The notes beneath the pieces were generated by a model. The model had not been told where the DNA came from, did no database searches, and saw only the letters and a program-made list of their open reading frames with translations. From contig CANQYU010000001.1 in the NCBI GenBank assembly GCA_947628145.1, positions 1-61,812 on the forward strand: a stretch of DNA of 61,812 nt, given 5' to 3'. Shown here piece by piece: positions 1-8,035 of this stretch; within the stretch, counting starts at the first letter, position 1, and the number at the start of each line of letters is the position of its first letter. Both the position numbers and the translations under genes were made by a program. The stretch is from an uncultured Bacilli bacterium. Lineage in GTDB: Bacteria; Bacillota_I; Bacilli_A; RF39; UBA660.

Positions 1-77
1 CGAGAAGTAGCACAATTTGGTAGTGCACATGGTTTGGGACCATGGGGTTGCAGGTTCAAATCCTGTCTTCTCGACCA
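1..77 (+). tRNA. tRNA-Pro (anticodon UGG), CCA encoded
   Basis: Hand-folded cloverleaf. Acceptor CGAGAAG/CTTCTCG, D stem GCAC/GTGC. Anticodon stem CATGG/CCATG with loop TTTGGGA (UGG). T stem GCAGG/CCTGT with loop TTCAAAT. Discriminator A followed by CCA at 75-77. Confidence 0.9.
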
Positions 78-88
78 GTTTAAATTAG

Positions 89-111
89 AAGACATATTAA
101 TGTCTTTTTTT
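89..111 (+). terminator. Intrinsic terminator after tRNA-Pro
   Basis: Hairpin AAGACAT-ATTA-ATGTCTT followed by a T-run. Confidence 0.7.
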
Positions 112-126
112 CATGCTTAAATAAAT

Positions 127-867
127 TTAGATTTCGACTTTTTTATATAGTTTATTTAAATCTAATTCTTGAATTTCAAAACTAGTTCCTTTATCACATA
201 TTTTTCCCTCTTTAGGTCCTTTTTTAAAGATATTTACCCGAAATGTTACTCTTACTACCCCCTCTTCAATTAAATTTAAAAATTCTTTAAAGTCTACTAA
301 TTTATATAAACTATAATCATAATATTTATACATTCTCGTTTTATTTTCTTTCTTTTCCCAAGCTCTTACTAAAAATAAATATTTAGCTCGTTTATTATAA
401 CTGGCTTCTAAAGTTTTAAAATTCCAATAACTTTTACAGTCAACCAGAACATAATCTTTATTAAATATTTCTAAAAAGATTTTGGATTTAGAATAGTTAA
501 CACTTAATTTAAATAATTTACCATTTATAAATTTAGAATAATTAGCTTGAATAGAATTATTAAAAACTTTGCGCCTACTATCAAAAGATTCGGGTTCGCC
601 ATATTTATCCCTTAATCTTTTTATTTGATTTGATTCCTTACCTTCAGGGGTAGCATTAAAAATAGTTAGATAATTACTAGTCCAATTAGTTTTAACTTTT
701 AAAGCGATAGTTTTATATTCAGTTTTTAGATGGGGTGATACTAAATCATAAAGAGTTTTTTCTAAACCAGCACGATTATTTCTAGTATCACTTATATAGT
801 TTAATTCTTTTATTCTTTTTAGTTCGTTATTTAACTTAATTATTTCTTCTTTAAACATAAAAAACAT
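127..867 (-). CDS. MvaI/BcnI (MutH-like) family restriction-endonuclease-fold protein; no methyltransferase visible nearby
   Basis: 246-aa ORF. Overall layout and the C-terminal segment KGPKEGKICDKGTSFEIQELDLNKLYKK resemble my recollection of the BcnI/MvaI C-terminus (..HDRGPHLRI..KLDKLY..). Assignment is by recall only. The canonical D..E-x-K triad is not obvious (region EYKTIALKVK). Confidence 0.4.
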   Translation of the reverse strand: MFFMFKEEIIKLNNELKRIKELNYISDTRNNRAGLEKTLYDLVSPHLKTEYKTIALKVKTNWTSNYLTIFNATPEGKESNQIKRLRDKYGEPESFDSRRKVFNNSIQANYSKFINGKLFKLSVNYSKSKIFLEIFNKDYVLVDCKSYWNFKTLEASYNKRAKYLFLVRAWEKKENKTRMYKYYDYSLYKLVDFKEFLNLIEEGVVRVTFRVNIFKKGPKEGKICDKGTSFEIQELDLNKLYKKVEI

Positions 868-974
868 CCTTTCTTTAAAGAATGTTTTTTATCTTAACAT
901 ATTAAAATTAAATAATTTGTCGAAAGAAAGAAGAAAATTCTTAAAATTCGAACTATTTTTTAATATTTTAACTA

Positions 975-1538
975 TTATAGGTATTTATTAAAGAATTCTT
1001 CGATATAAGATGTGTCTCTACTACCAACAAATCCATCAACCATTTTACCATCTTTAATGATAACAGTTATAGGAGTAAAGCCAAATTTTTTTAATAATTC
1101 ACCATAAGTTCCCTCGTGTTTCTCACCACTAGAATCAGTAATAGTTGTTTCAATATCTAAAACATCAAAAATGTCTTCGTATTCTGTTTTCCAATTAGAA
1201 ACATCAAGACTTAAATAATTTACTTTAATGTCTAACTTATCAATAACTGTATTAAGTTTTGGTAAATAATTTTGACATACTCCACATCCAGAACGACCGA
1301 TATATACAATTTCAGTATTTTTACTCTTAATTAGAGCTTCAGTACGATTTTTATCTAATAAAGTTAATCTACTAGTATCATAACTACTATCAGAGGAATT
1401 ATTTCCGGAATTTGTACCAGTCGCAGTAGTGCTTCCTTTAAAATATAAGCCAGCGACTAAAATAATTAAAACTATAAAACCAACTAATGTTATATAAGTT
1501 AAGTTTTTTAATTTAGTTTCTATTTCTTCTTTATTCAT
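975..1538 (-). CDS. Membrane-anchored thioredoxin-fold protein (CxxC)
   Basis: RBS AAGGAGG upstream of the ATG. N-terminal TM helix, Ser/Thr/Asn-rich linker, then GRSGCGVCQNYLP (CGVC redox motif) in a thioredoxin-sized domain. Confidence 0.7.
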   Translation of the reverse strand: MNKEEIETKLKNLTYITLVGFIVLIILVAGLYFKGSTTATGTNSGNNSSDSSYDTSRLTLLDKNRTEALIKSKNTEIVYIGRSGCGVCQNYLPKLNTVIDKLDIKVNYLSLDVSNWKTEYEDIFDVLDIETTITDSSGEKHEGTYGELLKKFGFTPITVIIKDGKMVDGFVGSRDTSYIEEFFNKYL

Positions 1539-1581
1539 TATGGACCTCCTTAAACAAGTTATATTATACTATTGGTTATAA

Positions 1582-1607
1582 TAAAAATCAAGTTTTTGAG
1601 ACTTGAT
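1582..1607 (-). terminator. Intrinsic terminator of the pseudopilin gene
   Basis: Minus-strand hairpin ATCAAGT-loop-ACTTGAT followed by TTTTTATT. Overlaps the stop codon. Confidence 0.6.
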
Positions 1608-1987
1608 TATTTAATGAATGTAGCTTCAACTTTATTTTTAGAAGCATCATATTCTAATTTTATTTTATTATCATTATAACTTTCATTTTTATTAGATGGA
1701 TTTAAAACTTTACCACTAGCATTAGCCATAGTATAATTTTCATCCACTAAATCTTGAACAGTAATATAAGTAACGGTTGTATCGGCAAATAAATCTAAAT
1801 GAGCAAGGCCATAATCTTCCGCGTCAATTTCGATTAAATCAATTATTTCATTTATAGCGGATTCATTATCAAGAGCAAAAGCATAAGAGGTACGATTAAT
1901 TGTAATAAAAGCAACAATTCCTAAAAGAACCACTATTATTAATAATTCTATTTTAGTATATCCTTGTTTATTTAACTTATTTATCAT
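1607..1987 (-). CDS. Prepilin-type N-terminal cleavage/methylation domain protein (ComGC-like pseudopilin)
   Basis: Start moved to the internal ATG preceded by AGGTGGT. N-terminus MINKLNKQGYTKIELLIIVVLLGIVAF matches the class III signal G|(F/Y)T-x-(I/L)E plus hydrophobic helix. Confidence 0.7.
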   Translation of the reverse strand: MINKLNKQGYTKIELLIIVVLLGIVAFITINRTSYAFALDNESAINEIIDLIEIDAEDYGLAHLDLFADTTVTYITVQDLVDENYTMANASGKVLNPSNKNESYNDNKIKLEYDASKNKVEATFIK

Positions 1988-2053
1988 TTTTTTACCACCT
2001 ATAGAAAAGTATATCATATCTAAAAAAAAGAAGAAAGTATTTATCGGCGACTT

Positions 2054-2542
2054 TTACATATTTTCATTTTTAGTTAACACTTTATAGGCATTAATTAAAG
2101 CAGAAAGTGTAAACTGAGCATTCGCAGGACTAGTACTAGGAAGATATATTCCCTCGATATTAGTTTGAGGTTTTAAAAGCTTATTATATAAATTATAGGC
2201 AGTTTTACCATCTAAATATATTCTTTTAATATTACTTTCTTTAAGAATTTTAGTAAGAGAATTGGGTTTAACATTTTTAATAGTTAAATCACTAGAACCT
2301 TTAATATTACAACTTTTACAAACATCAAATAAAGCAATTTTATGTTTTTTTAAAAGAGCTTTTTTAGCTTCAATAGTTAAAGGAAGAGGCTCATTAAAAA
2401 TGGTACTTAAAACTGGCCAAAAGCGATTTTGAGGATGAGAATAATAAAAACCTATTTCGCGACTTTTAATACTGGGAAATGAACCTAAAATTAAAATTTC
2501 ACTATCACTATTATAATATGGGGGTATAGAATGTTTTTCCAT
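2054..2542 (-). CDS. DNA-deoxyinosine (hypoxanthine) glycosylase, UDG superfamily
   Basis: 162 aa. Motifs ILILGSFPS..S and FYYSHPQNRFW are typical of the small UDG-superfamily glycosylases. Confidence 0.7.
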   Translation of the reverse strand: MEKHSIPPYYNSDSEILILGSFPSIKSREIGFYYSHPQNRFWPVLSTIFNEPLPLTIEAKKALLKKHKIALFDVCKSCNIKGSSDLTIKNVKPNSLTKILKESNIKRIYLDGKTAYNLYNKLLKPQTNIEGIYLPSTSPANAQFTLSALINAYKVLTKNENM

Positions 2543-2562
2543 AAATATTTAAAAAAGATAAG

Positions 2563-3456
2563 TTATTTCTTATCTTTCATAACCTCCGCAAGAGTTGTAC
2601 CAAAAGTAGCAATATTATTTAAATCCGCGGGAATAATTAATTTAGTTGCTTGACCATCAGCGATATGATTTAAAGCTTCATAACTTTTTAAAGTTAAAAC
2701 CGCATTATCAGCTTTGGCATTTTTAAGTAACTCTATTCCTTTCGCTTCGGCCTCTTTTATTTTTAACATAGCTTCCGCTTCACCCTCGGCGATTCTAATT
2801 TGACTTTCTTTTTCAGCTTCAGCTCGTAAAATAGCACTCTCCTTTTCCCCTTCAGCGATTAAAATACTAGATTTTTTCTCGCCTTCTGCTTGAAGAATTT
2901 TTTCTCTTCTTTCTCTTTCAGCGCGCATTTGTTTTTCCATCGCTTCTTGAATATCCCGAGGGGGAATAATATTTTTAACCTCGACTCTATTAACTTTAAT
3001 ACCCCAAGGGTCCGTGGCTTCGTCAAGAATAGCACGCATTTTACCATTAATAATATCTCGACTAGTTAAAGTTTGGTCTAATTCTAATTCGCCAATAATA
3101 TTTCTTAAAGTAGTCGCAGTTAAATTTTCAATAGCACTTACAGGTGCATCAACACCATAAGTATATAATTTAGCGTCCGTTATTTGATAATAAACGACAG
3201 TATCAATTTGCATAGTAACATTATCTTTAGTTATTACAGGTTGGGGAGCAAAATCCTTAACTGTTTCTTTTAAACTAACAATTTTCGCAATACGGTCAAC
3301 AAAAGGTATTTTAAAATGTAACCCATTATCCCACGTAGTATAATAGCTTCCTAATCTTTCAATAACATAACTTTTAGCTTGCGGAACTATTTTAATATTA
3401 GGAATGACAATAACGACAATTAAAATTAAAATAGCTATAAAAATATCAAAACCCAT
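2563..3456 (-). CDS. SPFH/Band 7 (stomatin-like) family protein
   Basis: N-terminal TM, SPFH core, then a Glu/Ala/Lys-rich coiled-coil tail. RBS AAGGGTGA. Forms an operon with the upstream NfeD gene. Confidence 0.85.
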   Translation of the reverse strand: MGFDIFIAILILIVVIVIPNIKIVPQAKSYVIERLGSYYTTWDNGLHFKIPFVDRIAKIVSLKETVKDFAPQPVITKDNVTMQIDTVVYYQITDAKLYTYGVDAPVSAIENLTATTLRNIIGELELDQTLTSRDIINGKMRAILDEATDPWGIKVNRVEVKNIIPPRDIQEAMEKQMRAERERREKILQAEGEKKSSILIAEGEKESAILRAEAEKESQIRIAEGEAEAMLKIKEAEAKGIELLKNAKADNAVLTLKSYEALNHIADGQATKLIIPADLNNIATFGTTLAEVMKDKK

Positions 3457-3876
3457 TTACTTATCACCCTTTCTTACGATGAGTTTTACACCATCTATGC
3501 TTTCAATAATAACATGAGAGCCAACTGGTAATTTTTCGGAACTTATGGCACTCCATCTTTTGCCATCAACTTTTACCTCGCCAATTTTTAAACGAGTTAT
3601 TTCTTCGGTTACAACACCCTCCATACCAATAACCCGGTCAATATTAGTTTTAACGGATGGTTTAGTTAATTTTTTCATTAAAATTGGTCTTGTAATAAGC
3701 ATTAAGATTAAGCCTAAAGTAACAAAAATAGCAAATTGCAAATAAAATGATTTAATAAAAAATGATAAAAATAAACTGATTAAACCACTAGCAATAAACC
3801 AAATACTCACTAAATTAATCGTGACAACTTCTAAAAACGTTAAAAGTATTATGATAATTAGCCATACAACCCACAT
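3457..3876 (-). CDS. NfeD family membrane protein
   Basis: 139 aa with three N-terminal TM segments and a C-terminal OB-like soluble domain (GEVKVDGKRWSA). Abuts the SPFH gene, which is the classic NfeD-stomatin pairing. Confidence 0.8.
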   Translation of the reverse strand: MWVVWLIIIILLTFLEVVTINLVSIWFIASGLISLFLSFFIKSFYLQFAIFVTLGLILMLITRPILMKKLTKPSVKTNIDRVIGMEGVVTEEITRLKIGEVKVDGKRWSAISSEKLPVGSHVIIESIDGVKLIVRKGDK

Positions 3877-3967
3877 ATTATCACCTACCTACTTAAATTA
3901 TACGTTAAGTCTTAAAAAAATACAATACATTTTAAAAAGATATGATATAATTGATTTAGGTGATATT

Positions 3968-5002
3968 ATGCTTGGAAATATGTTATTTGTAGGGCTTAAT
4001 ACAACTGATGAAGATGTGATTAGAAAATTAATTAAAACTTGCCATATTGGAGGAATTACTCTTTATGGTAAATTATATAAAAATTATGAAGAAATGCTTA
4101 AAATAATTAATTTTATAAAAAAACTTAGTCAAGAAGAAAATTATAATATATTAATTGGAATAGACCAAGAGGGTTATCGAGTTAATAGATTACCAAAAGA
4201 GTTTTTAAATATGAAAAGCCCTTACTCAATGCGCAAAGATACTAATAATTTTAAAGAAAGTGCAAATATTGTCGGAACTATTTTAAATTCTAGTGGTATT
4301 CATGTTAATTTTGCCCCAGTTTTAGATATTAAAAGATTTGATGATGAGCATGCCATTGGGGATAGAGCTTTTGGAGATAATGTAGAAGATATTATTAAAA
4401 ATACCAATAGTTATATTACAGAATTAAAGAAACATAAAGTAATCCCTGTGGTAAAACACTTTCCTGGGCATGGGGCGACTAATATTAATTCCCATCATTT
4501 CTTACCAGTTATTTTAAATACTGATAAGTTATTTCAAGAAGATATCGTTCCTTTTAAAGATGCTATTCAAAATGATATTGAAATGATTATGGTCGGACAC
4601 TTTTTAATAAAGAATTATTCTTTATGGAAACCAGCATCTATATCGAAAGAAATGGTTAATTTACTGAGAAATGATTTAGGTTATAAAAATTTAATTATGA
4701 CTGACGATTTAATCATGGGACCACTTAGATTATTTAATAAAGCTAAATTAATTAAAAATGCTATAAATGCCGGTTATAATATGGTAATGATTAAATACTC
4801 CGATACTTTCTTTAAAGATTATGAAAAATTAACCCAATACTACAATAAAAATATGATTAATCATGAAAATATTAATAAATCTTTAGAGATGCTTAAAAAT
4901 TTAAAAATAAAATATAATGTTAATAATAAACAAGTAAAAAATACTTTAGATATTAATAATATTAATGAAAGAATTACAGTATTAAATAATAAAGCAATTT
5001 AA
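3968..5002 (+). CDS. Glycoside hydrolase family 3, beta-N-acetylhexosaminidase (NagZ-like)
   Basis: Start set at ATG 3968 (RBS TAGGTGAT). The longer ORF from 3821 would overlap the NfeD gene. Motifs IDQEG, KHFPGHG and DD..M fit the GH3 N-terminal domain. Confidence 0.8.
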   Translation: MLGNMLFVGLNTTDEDVIRKLIKTCHIGGITLYGKLYKNYEEMLKIINFIKKLSQEENYNILIGIDQEGYRVNRLPKEFLNMKSPYSMRKDTNNFKESANIVGTILNSSGIHVNFAPVLDIKRFDDEHAIGDRAFGDNVEDIIKNTNSYITELKKHKVIPVVKHFPGHGATNINSHHFLPVILNTDKLFQEDIVPFKDAIQNDIEMIMVGHFLIKNYSLWKPASISKEMVNLLRNDLGYKNLIMTDDLIMGPLRLFNKAKLIKNAINAGYNMVMIKYSDTFFKDYEKLTQYYNKNMINHENINKSLEMLKNLKIKYNVNNKQVKNTLDINNINERITVLNNKAI

Positions 5003-5022
5003 AAAGGTAGGTTTCCCTACCT
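5001..5022 (-). terminator. Intrinsic terminator for paralog A (minus strand)
   Basis: Minus-strand hairpin AGGTAGG-GAAA-CCTACCT followed by TTTTT. Confidence 0.5.
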
Positions 5023-5035
5023 AATGATAAATATT

Positions 5036-5084
5036 CTTGTCTATACGTGAATAAGAATGAAAAGCGGTATAGACAAGTTTTTTT
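5036..5084 (+). terminator. Intrinsic terminator for the GH3 gene
   Basis: 11-bp stem CTTGTCTATAC / GTATAGACAAG followed by T7. Confidence 0.6.
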
Positions 5085-5088
5085 ATTC

Positions 5089-6543
5089 CTAAGATGGTAT
5101 GTATGGGTCGCCTACTGTTCCTTTACCTGAAAATTTTGTAGTAGCTTTCAAATTTATTACTGGACGCACACCAGGCTCAGTAAAGTACACGCCGTCGCTG
5201 CCGAGGCCGCCACCAGGAGTCACATAGAACACGCGAGCATAACCGCTAGTGTAAAAGATATGCGGAGACATGGTCCAGTAGTATTGGTTTGTATATAAGT
5301 AATAACTTGAATTTGCTGAGTCCCAGAAACCACCAGCTAATAGTACCTCATCCGCTGTTATTAACCCTATTGGATATTGTAGTAATTTATTTCCTTTACT
5401 AGCTCCATTCTTGGTAAATAAATCTCTTTCATAGGCAGCGGCGTTTACATCTACACTTGTTTCTTGGTCTGTTGCTGTCGCTGCACTTACTCCACATTTT
5501 AATGTTGGATACTGTGTTTTTCTTGTAGAACCACTCTTTACTACTCTTCCCCACATTGCATAACTTGTTGCCGATGTTCCAAAACCTGTTCCTGAATCAT
5601 AACTTGAATTTACACCAATTACTTTTTGTCTATCATTACAAAAGCCTGCATCTTGGTCTATATATTTGTCATATGTTGCTAAATTCTTTCCATACCAATC
5701 ATTTAAATATGTTGCAATATCACTTGGAGTTGTTCCTTTATGAGCTTCGTCATAAGTACTACTTGCTTTTCCTAAATTATAATATCCTACATATGTATTA
5801 TCATTATATGGAGATGTTTTATATGCTAAGGCTGTTAATTGGGTATTTGTATATGCTGTATTTGTACAACTTGTGCTTCCGCATTGATATATTAATCTTA
5901 ATGTTCCATCGCCATTTATTCGGATTATTCTCCATCTTTTATTAGCAAATTGTACCCAGTTATTATTTGCTTGGCCTCTAAAAAAATAACTTGTTCCATC
6001 ATTATCTGGGGCCGCATATAATGTATTTTCATGATTTGCTGTATCAACTCCAGTTATTTTCATTACTCCGCTTGGGTCTGTTCCATCAAAACCGGTTCCA
6101 CTTTTAGCTGTAGTATAATTAGGAAATAATTTAGCAAGTGTATCTTCCGCAGTTGGCAATTTTTCAAACTCTAAATAACACTTTGTTCCTTTTGTGGTAT
6201 AGGGTGTTATGTTTAATATTCCATTTTCATATGTTAATTCTATTGTATCACTTGGTGTGTCTGTATCTCCTACTTTTTCAGTACAATAGCTTGTATCTTT
6301 TAAGACATATCCATTTCCAGGCATAATATCACTTGGAGCGTCATCTATTGTTATACTTACTATTTCTAAATCCACTAAACTATAATTTATGCTTCCTTTA
6401 GCTAATTCTATACTCTCGGTATTCCTATAATTTGCTCTACTTGTTAAATAATTGATTAATATTACTAATAATAAAGTTATTATTACTCCTATAACTATAT
6501 ATTTAAGTTTATTATTATTTAATTCTAATCTTTCTATTCTCAT
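5089..6543 (-). CDS. Paralog A of a 3-copy secreted/anchored surface-protein family: N-terminal TM anchor, Ig-like module, DUF1566/DUF6273-like C-terminal domain with a hypervariable patch
   Basis: 484 aa with RBS AGGAGAT. Roughly 85-90% nucleotide identity by eye to 19754-20800 over about 1 kb. Conserved blocks: AKSGTGFDGTDPSGVMK, WRIIRINGDGTLRLIYQCG, PIGLITADEVLLAGG, YYWTMSP, GVRPVINL. Confidence 0.85.
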   Translation of the reverse strand: MRIERLELNNNKLKYIVIGVIITLLLVILINYLTSRANYRNTESIELAKGSINYSLVDLEIVSITIDDAPSDIMPGNGYVLKDTSYCTEKVGDTDTPSDTIELTYENGILNITPYTTKGTKCYLEFEKLPTAEDTLAKLFPNYTTAKSGTGFDGTDPSGVMKITGVDTANHENTLYAAPDNDGTSYFFRGQANNNWVQFANKRWRIIRINGDGTLRLIYQCGSTSCTNTAYTNTQLTALAYKTSPYNDNTYVGYYNLGKASSTYDEAHKGTTPSDIATYLNDWYGKNLATYDKYIDQDAGFCNDRQKVIGVNSSYDSGTGFGTSATSYAMWGRVVKSGSTRKTQYPTLKCGVSAATATDQETSVDVNAAAYERDLFTKNGASKGNKLLQYPIGLITADEVLLAGGFWDSANSSYYLYTNQYYWTMSPHIFYTSGYARVFYVTPGGGLGSDGVYFTEPGVRPVINLKATTKFSGKGTVGDPYIPS

Positions 6544-6574
6544 ATACTTTTATCTCCTATATATATTCTTATTA

Positions 6575-6600
6575 CGTGTATCATAAATATAATATACACG
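6575..6600. promoter_or_regulatory. Candidate operator palindrome in the paralog-A / XRE divergent region
   Basis: CGTGTAT-N12-ATACACG, flanked by ATTACG direct repeats. It lies over the presumed minus-strand promoter of paralog A. Confidence 0.3.
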
Positions 6601-6660
6601 AATTACGGATATAAGTCAATACACTTAAAACGAATATAGTAAAATTTTTATGGTGATAGT

Positions 6661-6882
6661 ATGGAAAGATTAAGAGATATTAGAGAAGACCATGATTTAA
6701 GACAGGCGGATATTGCTAAATTATTAAATGTAACTCAACAAACATATTCGCGGTATGAAAGTGGCGAAATAAGTATAGATAAAGATAGTTTAATTAAATT
6801 AGCGACTTTTTATAATACATCTGTTGACTATATATTAGGTTTAACGGACGAAAGAAAGCCCTATCCAAAGAGTATTTTATAG
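6661..6882 (+). CDS. XRE-family HTH transcriptional regulator (copy 1)
   Basis: 73 aa. LRQADIAKLLNVTQQTYSRYESG is a Cro/C1-type HTH. RBS GGTGA. Confidence 0.85.
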   Translation: MERLRDIREDHDLRQADIAKLLNVTQQTYSRYESGEISIDKDSLIKLATFYNTSVDYILGLTDERKPYPKSIL

Positions 6883-7001
6883 TCTTAAATATATTTTACT
6901 ATATATAACAATATGTTATATTAATAATATTTTATAACAAAATGTTTTATATGTCAATACAACAATTTGTTTTAAATTAAAATATATATGAGGTTATATA
7001 T

Positions 7002-7247
7002 ATGATAGACGAAATTAAATTAGAAAGATTAAAGGGGTTAAGGGAAAATAAAGATTTAAAACAAGAAGATATTGCTAAACTACTTAATATTACTCAAAGT
7101 GCTTATAGTTATTATGAAATTGGGAAAAGACAAATACCTAGTGATGCTTTAATTAAACTAGCAACTTTCTATAATACATCTGTTGATTATATACTAGGTT
7201 TAACGGACGAAAGAAAGCCTTATCCAAAGAGTATTTTAAATAAATAA
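7002..7247 (+). CDS. XRE-family HTH transcriptional regulator (copy 2, tandem duplicate)
   Basis: 81 aa. The C-terminal 30 aa (LIKLATFYNTSVDYILGLTDERKPYPKSIL) are identical to copy 1. RBS GAGGT. Confidence 0.85.
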   Translation: MIDEIKLERLKGLRENKDLKQEDIAKLLNITQSAYSYYEIGKRQIPSDALIKLATFYNTSVDYILGLTDERKPYPKSILNK

Positions 7248-7285
7248 TATTTTTTTAATTTAAAAGAAGTAATTGCTTACTTCTT

Positions 7286-8035
7286 TTATGAAAGTTTTAA
7301 TAATTTTTGCCAAGTATATTTTTTGGCAGTTATGACACCATCAACTAAATTTCCTTTGAGACCGACAATTTTTTCTTGATATTCTTTGATTATTTTGGCC
7401 ATTTGAGGGCCATATATTCCATCAATGCCATATTTTCCTAAATCATAACCTAAACTTTGTAAATAGGCTTGTAAGACTTTAACAACAGGATGTTTATTGT
7501 TTTTAGTTTGGGATAAAGTGATAGTTTTATTTAAAGTTTCTTGGTTTGGAAGCTCAGTAACACTTACATTAAGTGCTTGTTGTACCCCTTTTAAAAAAGT
7601 ATGAAAATTATTTTCTGGTTCTTTATTTAAATTAAAAGGATTATCATTCATTAAATAAGGTTTAGGGTCTTGATAGCCTTTATTATAAATAGCAAAATGA
7701 ACATTATAACCAGTCGCATTACCGGTTTTACCCATAGTCGCGATTACTTGCCCTTTTTTTACGGTTTCACCCTTTTTTACTCTAATAGTATTTTTAGCGA
7801 GATGGAAATAACGATGTTCTATTCCATTAGTTTTAATGCTGACCCAGTAACCCCCTCCACTGGAGTCATAGCCAGTAAAATTAACTATTCCATCTTCGAC
7901 GGCGACTATATCGTCAACTTTATTAGGACCGACAAAATCCATACCATTATGGGCTTTACGATTAGAATTACGGGTTTTATAATCGCTAGTTAAATAATGA
8001 ATACCTCCTTTTAAAATATTATTTTTAAGTTCCAT
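7286..8035 (-). CDS. Endolysin-like M23 peptidase with C-terminal peptidoglycan-binding (PG_binding_1) domain
   Basis: HNGMDF (HxxxD), YFHL and GYNVHF motifs, plus LQAYLQSLGYDLGKYGIDGIYGP. I place the start at ATG 8035, which overlaps the holin stop; the ORF track extends to a GTG at 8056. Confidence 0.8.
   Translation of the reverse strand: MELKNNILKGGIHYLTSDYKTRNSNRKAHNGMDFVGPNKVDDIVAVEDGIVNFTGYDSSGGGYWVSIKTNGIEHRYFHLAKNTIRVKKGETVKKGQVIATMGKTGNATGYNVHFAIYNKGYQDPKPYLMNDNPFNLNKEPENNFHTFLKGVQQALNVSVTELPNQETLNKTITLSQTKNNKHPVVKVLQAYLQSLGYDLGKYGIDGIYGPQMAKIIKEYQEKIVGLKGNLVDGVITAKKYTWQKLLKLS

Noticed and set aside
5556-6326. Plus-strand ORFs 5556-5945 and 6138-6326, antisense to paralog A. The same applies to 20224-20571, 20890-21099 and 21601-21789 (opposite paralog B) and to 60753-61151, 61164-61418 and 61608-61796 (opposite paralog C).
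   Set aside because: Their translations are low-complexity Leu/His/Tyr/Phe strings with no RBS. They lie fully inside strongly supported, mutually paralogous minus-strand genes. They recur only because the paralogs recur.
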